A DNA stretch of 64,000 bases from an uncultured virus (IMG/VR IMGVR_UViG_3300022921_000003) (lineage: Duplodnaviria; Heunggongvirae; Uroviricota; Caudoviricetes): IMG/VR virus record IMGVR_UViG_3300022921_000003. The stretch is one strand, 5' to 3'. The notes beneath the pieces were generated by a model. That model was not told the DNA's origin and ran no database searches. It was given only the letters and a program-made list of their open reading frames with translations. How positions within the stretch are numbered: the first letter of the stretch is position 1; each line of letters starts with the position of its first letter. Of this stretch, positions 56,155 through 64,000 are shown in pieces. The position numbers and the translations under genes are program-made.

Positions 56155-59100
56155 TTAACTACCTGTCTGGTCAAAAGTCTCACTTGTATCATCATATGTA
56201 AAGTCTGTTTCATCATATGTTGCCGCAGATGCACCAGCAGCAGGTGGTGGAGAAGGTACACCAGCATCCCAAGTTGTACCACCCGTATCAAACGTTGTTT
56301 CTCCATCAGAGAAATAAAATCCACGAGGAATAAACCCATATACTGATTCAATGCAACTCGCATAAGTTCCAGATTCCAGAAGTACGTTATTTCCACCAAT
56401 GTTAGTTCCTGCTGCATCTGTGGTTGCAGTTTCATATTGAATTTGTGTATCACCTTGATCAATCTCTGGTTCGTAATACAACCTACCAATTTGTGCAACA
56501 TACACTTCAGCAGAACGAGTAAATCTTGGAACAACCGACTGACTTGAATACACTTCGACAGGTGTATGTCCAATAGAAGTCTCATCTTCAAGTGCAATGA
56601 CTTGACTTTCTAAAGAAAGTTTTCCACCAATTGTTAAACCAGTACCTTGCTCAAGAAGTATTTCATCACCATGTGTTGTCGATACTGTAGTACCATCCTC
56701 TTGCATGATAGAGCCAGGAGAACTGTCCTCTAACAAAATATTAACAGTGTCGAACTGATCAGTTATATTTAACTTATCTACAACACTCAAATCACTTAAG
56801 TTAAATCCTTCCGTTACTCGACTGTAATCGTTAACAGAAATGCCTTGTCCAATATTGACATCTTCAACAGTTTCCAAAAGTATTCTATCACCAACATTAG
56901 CAGTACCAACGTCTGCCGTATTGTCAAGAAGAAGGTCACCAATCATACCATCAGATTCAAATTCACTACCATACTCTAGAGCAAGTGTATCACCAAGAAT
57001 ACTCTCTTGAGTTACATTACTAATAAATGATATTCCATTAGCAATGTCACTGATACGGTTTGGTTTTACACTAACCTGTACTTGGGTTTTTCTAATAACT
57101 CTGAGTTCATAATCTTCGGTTGGATTTGCAACATCACCCTCCTCAAGAATCATTCTCTCATTGTTTTCACTGAGAACTGTACCACCGATTGAATCTTCTA
57201 GAAGAATATCAGGAGAAACTTGATCAAATACTTTGTGTCTTCTTCTTATAACCTCATCAAAGAGAACTTCGAATGTGGATGCAAGAATTGGGCTAAACGT
57301 ATTTGTATCTGCAACATACTCGTCCCCAAGTGTTGCACCAGTTGGTGTAGAGATACCCGCATACACAGCAGTAGATGACTTAACCTTACTGAATACGTTA
57401 AACCCAGATGGATGTACAGATTTCTTCAGTGGGTTTAGATATGATCCAGAACCAGATGCAGTTTGAACTTCGTATGAGAACTGTTGATAATAATAAGAAT
57501 CTTGAATACGAATAAGGTCTTCACCAATAAGACTTTCGATATCTGGATATCGTCCAAATCTGTCAGCAGTCATTCCTACATTAAGATTTCCTTTTGCAAT
57601 GTCTGCATTTACAATCGTTGCACTGGCTGATGAAGTTGTAATAGAAACATCTTTACCAGAGAAATCAATTGCATCTTCATATACAAGATAGTCACCAGTA
57701 TCAAAACTGCCTGTTGGGTCTGTACCATCAAGGACAATATTATCAAAGGTTCCGTCTTCACTAACAATTCTTTCGATGTCAGAAAATGAAACTGTCAGAA
57801 CTTGTGTTCCTGTTTCAAATGCACGAACTGTTCCAACGTGACTTGTAAGTGCATCTCCAACACCAAAGGTTCCACTTACATCCTTAACGACAAAGTTTGC
57901 ACGGAACTCAGCAACGGGAGCAACCTGATAATCAAACCCAACTGTTCTTAGATTTACATCTTCAATTCTACCAATGTCACTTGTTGTCGCAAGAAGCTTC
58001 GCACCACTACCAAATTTTGAAGTAATCGTGATAGTAGGAAGTTTGGAATATCCAAATCCACCGTCCTGTAGAAATACTTTTGTGATATCACCAGAACCAG
58101 ACTCTAGAATAAATGTGTCATCATCTCTTTTTGACACATCCACTCTTTCTTCAAAGATAGATGCCTCTGCTTGAATTCTGTTACCAAGTGTTGCCTCTGT
58201 GTTGATACCACCAACTTCTACTGCGGCATTACCAGACTCAAAGAATAGTTCTCCACCATCCTCCTGTACGATATTGAAATACTCAACCTCTCTATTGGTT
58301 GCACCTTCTTGAAGAAGTGTCTCACCATCCTCAAGGAGAATAGAACCATGTACAACAGCAACACGAGCGGTAGCAGACTGAACAAGTCCTGCTTCTGATG
58401 TATTGTCAGTAAATGTTAGAACATCACCAATCTCGTAATCTGTACCGGCATCATCTACTTCAACACCACTAACAGAACCAGTTTCAACTTGCCCCACAAC
58501 AGCATCAACATCGCCACTACCGATTACTGTATCTGTCTCAACATCAATTACATCATTTGTAGAATAAAGAATTCCATCATTAGATACTGTTGCAGAACTT
58601 ATAATTTGTCGTATATTATATTTGTAGACTACATCAATAACACCAGAGACGCCATGTATCTCTTCATCCTTTGTAAACGTCCCGTTAATATCACCAATAG
58701 TAATTTCTACAATTGTAGCAGAGTCAGTTGGGTCAACAAACGTTGCACAAGCCTCAACTCTTGCAGTTGCACCAGATGTCTGTCCAGTAATCTTTTGTCC
58801 TTCCAACTCACCATGAATAGGAGTTCCAATTGGACTTGCACGAATAATTGTTGGTTGATCCCAATCACCACCAGACACACGAAGCATTCTTGTGTTGGGG
58901 TAAAATACTTCGGCTTCCTCGTCAAGAAGAATACGAATGAAAAGTTTGATACCTTCTTGTGTTCCCTTCCTACGATAGAGTTCACGAATATTCTTTGTAA
59001 GATTTCTTTTGTCCAATCCAGTAGCCAGACTACTTGGAATTGCATTCATGAATGACTTACGAAACTCTTCTAGGAAGTCGTAGATAGTATTGTCAACATC

Positions 59101-59589
59101 TGCGTATGCAAGAAGTTGTTGAATGTTCTGTACAGGACTTGCACGATAACTCGTTACTGTGCCAGTTGCACCAGAGGTTGCACCAGTGATTGTCTCACCA
59201 GTTATAAACTGTTGTTGAGATGTGATGAATAGTCTTGGCCTTTCATCATTACCCAAGTCATCAACAAGAACCTCGGCAGTAGCTTTGGAAGTAGACCCAG
59301 TGATAATCTCACCAACGACAAACTTACCTGTAGTACCAGTTCCCTTCTCAAGAACGATACGATCTGCATTCTCATCAAGAAGTCGAGTGGTTGTTTCTAC
59401 CTCAAGAAGTAGATTATCAATTGTTGCAGAGACGACAAGTTCACCAGACTCCAGATACTTGTAATAACTCTGAAGAAAGGACGAGAATACAGGATGGTCA
59501 TCTGCCACAAAGTCGGGAAGTTGACCATCAATCTGTGTGCTGACCTTATTAATAAGGTCTGGTGAATATCTGCCGTCAAAAGGTGCCAT
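56155..59589 (-). CDS. gp7-like baseplate wedge initiator
   Basis: QLPDFV...F..FL..YY.YLE, KNI.ELY..KGT, IQDSYYYQ.FSY, HPSG..VF; follows gp6. Confidence 0.8.
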   Translation of the reverse strand: MAPFDGRYSPDLINKVSTQIDGQLPDFVADDHPVFSSFLQSYYKYLESGELVVSATIDNLLLEVETTTRLLDENADRIVLEKGTGTTGKFVVGEIITGSTSKATAEVLVDDLGNDERPRLFITSQQQFITGETITGATSGATGTVTSYRASPVQNIQQLLAYADVDNTIYDFLEEFRKSFMNAIPSSLATGLDKRNLTKNIRELYRRKGTQEGIKLFIRILLDEEAEVFYPNTRMLRVSGGDWDQPTIIRASPIGTPIHGELEGQKITGQTSGATARVEACATFVDPTDSATIVEITIGDINGTFTKDEEIHGVSGVIDVVYKYNIRQIISSATVSNDGILYSTNDVIDVETDTVIGSGDVDAVVGQVETGSVSGVEVDDAGTDYEIGDVLTFTDNTSEAGLVQSATARVAVVHGSILLEDGETLLQEGATNREVEYFNIVQEDGGELFFESGNAAVEVGGINTEATLGNRIQAEASIFEERVDVSKRDDDTFILESGSGDITKVFLQDGGFGYSKLPTITITSKFGSGAKLLATTSDIGRIEDVNLRTVGFDYQVAPVAEFRANFVVKDVSGTFGVGDALTSHVGTVRAFETGTQVLTVSFSDIERIVSEDGTFDNIVLDGTDPTGSFDTGDYLVYEDAIDFSGKDVSITTSSASATIVNADIAKGNLNVGMTADRFGRYPDIESLIGEDLIRIQDSYYYQQFSYEVQTASGSGSYLNPLKKSVHPSGFNVFSKVKSSTAVYAGISTPTGATLGDEYVADTNTFSPILASTFEVLFDEVIRRRHKVFDQVSPDILLEDSIGGTVLSENNERMILEEGDVANPTEDYELRVIRKTQVQVSVKPNRISDIANGISFISNVTQESILGDTLALEYGSEFESDGMIGDLLLDNTADVGTANVGDRILLETVEDVNIGQGISVNDYSRVTEGFNLSDLSVVDKLNITDQFDTVNILLEDSSPGSIMQEDGTTVSTTHGDEILLEQGTGLTIGGKLSLESQVIALEDETSIGHTPVEVYSSQSVVPRFTRSAEVYVAQIGRLYYEPEIDQGDTQIQYETATTDAAGTNIGGNNVLLESGTYASCIESVYGFIPRGFYFSDGETTFDTGGTTWDAGVPSPPPAAGASAATYDETDFTYDDTSETFDQTGS

Positions 59590-61496
59590 TAGTTATAACT
59601 CGATGGTGTGGTTACACTAGATGTTGTTGTGAATAAAGTATTGCCTGAGTCATTACCTTGGGCAACTGTATCAACAGATGCAGTCACAGTGGTATTCACC
59701 AAATCAATTTCAAGTAACTGATTTCTCTTTGGAACAATATCAAGTGAGTCTGGTGTAACAGTAATACGAATTTGTGTAGAAGTTACACCATCAACATTAG
59801 AAACACTATTAATAGATATCGGATTTATAGAGATAATACCACTCGTGTAGTCAATTGTTCCTGCCGTAGAATCAAGATATGTTCTTACACCAGAAACTAG
59901 ATAATAAACTCTAATATTGCCGTTCCCATCATCATCAAAGAAAAATTCTGTGTTTCCCTGACCAACAATACCAAACCCTGTTGATGCAACGATACCACCA
60001 GCACCAGCATTATGTCCAGAGTGTGGGTTATATAATCTGTTGTTGAAATAAACTTTATAAGATTTTGATTCTGCTAAAGTTGGTATAACGTATTTTGCCA
60101 GAGTAACATTCAATGAGTTACCAGTAATTGATGTATCTGTATCATCAATCAACCCCGTCAACTTAGAGTGTCTAAACAAACCATTAAAGGTATTCAGATT
60201 GTCTGCGTTATAATTTGTAATTGTACTACGAACATTGGATTCAATAGTTGCCTCACCCTTTGTTGTTGCATTTGGATTGAACTTGACATTTGACTGAAGT
60301 ATAAGGAAGAGCGTTTCTGGATCAACGATTACAGGAGTAATTGAAGCAACTGTATATTGTTGTAAGTTTCTCTTCAAAATTTCTTTCTGTGTCTCAGTTA
60401 GATTTTCACCAGTAGTTGATTTAACACTAATAAAAACTTTACCAAATTCTGGTGTAGAAGTCACACCAATACTTGTGTCGAAAGAACCTGTCTCCCCACC
60501 AAAGACTGCGACGGCTTGAGTCTGTGTGAAGAGCTGTCTTACGAGAGTCTTATAATCCTCTGTCGTTACAGCTCTACCCTGTGAAGCATAATCCAAAGGT
60601 GCATTGAGTTTGATAGATTCAATTGACTCTGCTTCAGAACCTCCAGAAGAACTATCAATCGTTGTGACAATCACACTTGAAACGGTATCAATCGCACCAG
60701 CAGATGTAAATACTGAAGCACCATTTCCGTCTTCCTTATTGGACACAACATACTGAAGAATTACAATGTTGTCATCTGACAATGCACTACCAAGAACACC
60801 GTCACCAAAGTATACCTCAAATTTACCAACCTCAACTTCTTGCAAAAAGTATACATGGCTTGTGTCAGTGATTTGTGAAATGTCTGTTGCAAGAGTATAA
60901 GTTGTTGTGGTGGAATCAGATGCAGAGTTCTGAACCTTAACAGTAAGTGTACGAGTATCTACTCTATTGTCATTAATTAAGAATCTCTGCTCGACATTAG
61001 ATGTGTCTACCGTATATCTGGAAGTGACAAACGTTCCCTCATAAAGAACAAGGTTAGGGAACACAATACTGTTACCAATATTTGCCGCAGTTTTTTCTAT
61101 TGGATTGATAAAGGTATATGCATCACCTTCAATCGTTGTATTAAACACAGTTCCTGCATCCATCGTTGCAGTTGCGTTTGTGGTGTTTAGTGCAACCTCG
61201 ACAGTTGCAGTTGCAGCCCTTGCAGACTGTGGAACATATCCAAGTGTTTTTGCATGTGATACAACAGATGAACGCAGAGAAGAACTGTCAAGAAACATTT
61301 CGTTTGCGAGCATGTTCGCATTGAACGCAAGATAGTGAGTATTATATGCTAGAGTGTCGAGAAGAATATTCATACCAGAACCTTCAAAGTCGTAATCAGT
61401 AAACTCTGTCTGTCCTTTAAGGAATATTTTTAGATTGTCTTTGATATCATCAAAGTCTAACTCTGTTACATTCAGTCGTCTTGGATTTGCGGCCAT
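59589..61496 (-). CDS. gp6: gp6 baseplate wedge subunit
   Basis: LDFDDIK.NL..FL, DYDFEGSG, LAYNTHY, Q.RAVT.EDY. Confidence 0.95.
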   Translation of the reverse strand: MAANPRRLNVTELDFDDIKDNLKIFLKGQTEFTDYDFEGSGMNILLDTLAYNTHYLAFNANMLANEMFLDSSSLRSSVVSHAKTLGYVPQSARAATATVEVALNTTNATATMDAGTVFNTTIEGDAYTFINPIEKTAANIGNSIVFPNLVLYEGTFVTSRYTVDTSNVEQRFLINDNRVDTRTLTVKVQNSASDSTTTTYTLATDISQITDTSHVYFLQEVEVGKFEVYFGDGVLGSALSDDNIVILQYVVSNKEDGNGASVFTSAGAIDTVSSVIVTTIDSSSGGSEAESIESIKLNAPLDYASQGRAVTTEDYKTLVRQLFTQTQAVAVFGGETGSFDTSIGVTSTPEFGKVFISVKSTTGENLTETQKEILKRNLQQYTVASITPVIVDPETLFLILQSNVKFNPNATTKGEATIESNVRSTITNYNADNLNTFNGLFRHSKLTGLIDDTDTSITGNSLNVTLAKYVIPTLAESKSYKVYFNNRLYNPHSGHNAGAGGIVASTGFGIVGQGNTEFFFDDDGNGNIRVYYLVSGVRTYLDSTAGTIDYTSGIISINPISINSVSNVDGVTSTQIRITVTPDSLDIVPKRNQLLEIDLVNTTVTASVDTVAQGNDSGNTLFTTTSSVTTPSSYN

Positions 61497-61951
61497 TATC
61501 GTAGTCTCTCTAATAGAACTGTGGTATCAACTAATTCTGTAGGAGCATTCTGTACATAGAATTCAATGGTGATTTCATAAGAATTGCGGTCCAAGTCAGG
61601 GTTTGCCCGCACACCAACTAGTCTTGCTCTTGGTTCAAAGTTCTCAATTACATCTTCAACCTTCTGTGATAATACAAATGCAGTGATAGGACTTAGTGGT
61701 TCGAATAATAGATCACGAATACCAGAACCTATCTCTGGATGAAAGGGTTTCTCATAGATATTGGTGAGAATAAGATTTCTCACAGACCTCTTGATTGCCT
61801 GAATACCATTTACCTTTGAGATATCCTTGGTTGCACTCTTTCTACCAAAGAACAAGTCTAAGTCTTTATATACCTGTGCATCCCTATCAAGATTGATATT
61901 TCTGGACTGTGCATCAGAATAAGTTGTGTTTAGAGATGCTCCGTGGGCCAT
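61496..61951 (-). CDS. gp25: gp25 baseplate wedge subunit
   Basis: YKDLDL.F, AIKRSVRNL.LT...EKPF.PE.GS, I.NFEPR. Late promoter at 61970-61977. Confidence 0.93.
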   Translation of the reverse strand: MAHGASLNTTYSDAQSRNINLDRDAQVYKDLDLFFGRKSATKDISKVNGIQAIKRSVRNLILTNIYEKPFHPEIGSGIRDLLFEPLSPITAFVLSQKVEDVIENFEPRARLVGVRANPDLDRNSYEITIEFYVQNAPTELVDTTVLLERLR

Positions 61952-61978
61952 GAGTAATCCTTTTTATATTATTTATAC

Positions 61979-62251
61979 TCACTCACTCGCAGTTTGTTTC
62001 ATAATATACTTCTTGGGTGAACCCCATACGTCTTTCGCATTAACTCGAATGAATCTTTTGTTTGTTTCTTGTTCGTTGGGATTAGGAATAGTCAACATGA
62101 CATTCTTACCCTTCAACCAAGCATTTCTTTTGTTAGTTGTCATCTGCAATAGAGTCGTATCATTACGAACTGCATTGAGTAGTTTCTTGTTCACATTTGA
62201 ACCCTCTCCCTTAGATACTTGGTGGGCTCTTTGCTTCTTCCTCTTAGCCAT
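61979..62251 (-). CDS. basic hypothetical protein (90 aa)
   Basis: AWLKGKNV.LTIPNPN..ETNKRFIRV; overlaps its neighbour. Confidence 0.7.
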   Translation of the reverse strand: MAKRKKQRAHQVSKGEGSNVNKKLLNAVRNDTTLLQMTTNKRNAWLKGKNVMLTIPNPNEQETNKRFIRVNAKDVWGSPKKYIMKQTASE

Positions 62252-62480
62252 TAATAATCTCCTTCACTGGCCTGTATGATGTATCATACTCATCGCATAA
62301 AAGAACTTCTGATATAACTGCATCAATGTTCTCATGCCAAAAATTTAAAAACTTGTGTACTCTTGGATAGTCTGGTTTAACATCCTGTGTCTGCCAAATA
62401 AACTCTTGCAGAATGTCCTTATAATCAGGCATCCAATAAAGTATATTTAGTGTGACTATAGATTTTCTTTTTAGTATCAT
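62244..62480 (-). CDS. Usg-family protein
   Basis: ILYWMPDY..ILQEFIWQT.D..PDYPRV.KFL.FW...I matches the Usg pattern (YxMPD..LLQ...WQ..D..P..P.L..FL.FW). Confidence 0.75.
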   Translation of the reverse strand: MILKRKSIVTLNILYWMPDYKDILQEFIWQTQDVKPDYPRVHKFLNFWHENIDAVISEVLLCDEYDTSYRPVKEIING

Positions 62481-63742
62481 GTTGATGGGCCTGGGTCATA
62501 ATTTTCTAGATACTGATACTCTATGATTGCAGCATAACCACCAAATGCTTTGTTGCCTTTCTCGTTAACCAGAAACCTTCCTGGCCCAAATACACCATCT
62601 TGTACAGATTCAGGGAATCGTCCAAAACATCGAAACGTGCCTTTTATGTTGAGAATTTCATTATCAACAGCAACAATATTGCCGGGGTGATCTTCCAACA
62701 ATGATCCCGGCATAGAGAATATCAATTCTTTCCCATTAATTTTTACGTTTTGAGAACCTGTACCACCCGCATCTGTCTTTATCCACAAATACATATGTGG
62801 TCCGTAATAACTATTATAATGTGTACCGATAATTTTTTGATTAGTCGAACCTTCCTCTGGTACTACGAGAGCATTTTTCATATTATCTCCAAGGTATAAA
62901 GAAATAGCAACCATGCCTGTTGGTTCATTCTTTAATGTAACTTTCAATGCGAATAGTTCACCAAAGTTCCCATCTTTACCAAGTTTTGTTATTTGAGACA
63001 AACTAAATTTTTCTAATCTTTTTGATTTTCTATTGGTCATACCCCCGTCAGGAGTAAAGGTTTTTCCTGATCCGGGCTGAACAACTTTTGCCTCTCCTCC
63101 TGATGGAGTCTTAATTGTTTTTTCTGCCTTTACAACTTTTATCGCACCTCTATCCTCAGTTGGTGCTTGATTAGAAACCGCATAAGATTCTACCTTTGCT
63201 TTATTTTCTGTAACTGTCTTACTAACGGTTGCATTCTGTGTTACAGTAGACACAGTTTCCGTTTCTGGTGCAACTGCTGCCTGCAAAACGTTTGTTGCTT
63301 TCTCTGTTGCTGGATTTGTACTACCCGCTTCCTTTTCAATGTTAGGAACCACATTACAGATATTACCACCAGAGGTAATTGCAGATAGTCCATCACTGAC
63401 CAGTGTACCCAAATCCTTACCCGCAGCCTCAAGGTCTGCACCAAACTCTTTTGTAATTGTTGCAAGAGAAGATAGATATGCGGGTGTGCCTGGTATAAGT
63501 TCAGACAATGCTTTAATTTCTGCCTGTAGATTTAGTTTTGGTAGTTGTGGAATCTCAATAGACTGCAATTTTGCAGTTAATGTGTTAAGTTCATTCTGTG
63601 CAGATGCAAATGCACCGGCTGCTTCAGATGCTGCAGCATCAATCTTTGATTCAATATCTGCTGCAGCCTCGTCCAACTTCTTGAACAAATCGTTCATCTC
63701 TGGACTTGCACCACATAGATTTGAATTTGCAAAATCTACCAT
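62477..63742 (-). CDS. hypothetical protein (421 aa) downstream of gp5
   Basis: Helical Ala-rich N-terminus with ICNVVPN; AGGAG SD. Confidence 0.65.
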   Translation of the reverse strand: MVDFANSNLCGASPEMNDLFKKLDEAAADIESKIDAAASEAAGAFASAQNELNTLTAKLQSIEIPQLPKLNLQAEIKALSELIPGTPAYLSSLATITKEFGADLEAAGKDLGTLVSDGLSAITSGGNICNVVPNIEKEAGSTNPATEKATNVLQAAVAPETETVSTVTQNATVSKTVTENKAKVESYAVSNQAPTEDRGAIKVVKAEKTIKTPSGGEAKVVQPGSGKTFTPDGGMTNRKSKRLEKFSLSQITKLGKDGNFGELFALKVTLKNEPTGMVAISLYLGDNMKNALVVPEEGSTNQKIIGTHYNSYYGPHMYLWIKTDAGGTGSQNVKINGKELIFSMPGSLLEDHPGNIVAVDNEILNIKGTFRCFGRFPESVQDGVFGPGRFLVNEKGNKAFGGYAAIIEYQYLENYDPGPST

Positions 63743-63751
63743 CGTTTACTC

Positions 63752-64000
63752 CTATGCCACGGGTGCGTCAGTGTTAACCTCAGAATCACCATCAGAATCA
63801 GCACCCTGAGAGTGAACGTGAGTAGTGAGAGATATGTTTGTTGAACCACCATTCTTTGCAGTAACTTCACTACCAGCACCCTGTAGGTCTATAGTACCGA
63901 CACCTGTAGATGTATGGTTCCAAGTTGTTCCTGTAGTTGAAGTCCATGCCGTACCAACGGTTTGCGTAAGTGTTGTCTCTGGATTGATGGTCATTGCAGA
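63752..64000 (-). CDS. C-terminus of the gp5-like baseplate hub/spike (5'-truncated by the window edge)
   Basis: Thr-rich 8-residue beta-helix-like repeats ending ISLTTHVH (HxH apex motif); upstream of gp25. Confidence 0.65.
   Translation of the reverse strand, partial: SAMTINPETTLTQTVGTAWTSTTGTTWNHTSTGVGTIDLQGAGSEVTAKNGGSTNISLTTHVHSQGADSDGDSEVNTDAPVA

Noticed and set aside
1..64000. CRISPR arrays, IS elements, integrase, rRNA or tRNA genes
   Set aside because: None were seen; coding density is very high and the few intergenic gaps are accounted for.

Overview
This window is 64 kb of a T4-like myovirus genome, almost all coded on the minus strand. Its gene set resembles the marine, non-enteric T4-like phages, and a Usg-family gene suggests an alphaproteobacterial host. 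Reading right to left, it carries baseplate genes (gp5 C-terminus, gp25, gp6, gp7-like, two gp9/10-domain fibres, gp8, a 2171-aa virion protein), then neck and tail genes (gp13-15), terminase (gp16, gp17), sheath and tube (gp18, gp19), head genes (gp20-23), gp3, uvsY, uvsW, late sigma gp55, gp47/46, a DNA methyltransferase, peptide deformylase and a CobT-like peptidase. Many accessory enzymes are inserted among these core genes: a 10-gene tailoring operon (carbamoyltransferase, SGNH hydrolase, micro-peptide, radical SAM, two glycosyltransferase-like proteins, methyltransferase, hydroxylase, QueC-like protein), five PP-loop/asparagine-synthase-like proteins, five 2OG-Fe(II) oxygenases, a PaaA-like di-iron enzyme, an ABC binding-protein/permease pair, SpeD, a nitroreductase and DUF924. 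Non-coding highlights are a ~114-nt rod-shaped RNA candidate starting exactly at a late-promoter start site, several apparently leaderless genes, and a direct repeat marking the DUF924 insertion. All calls come from motif recognition and gene order by eye; no searches or folding programs were run.
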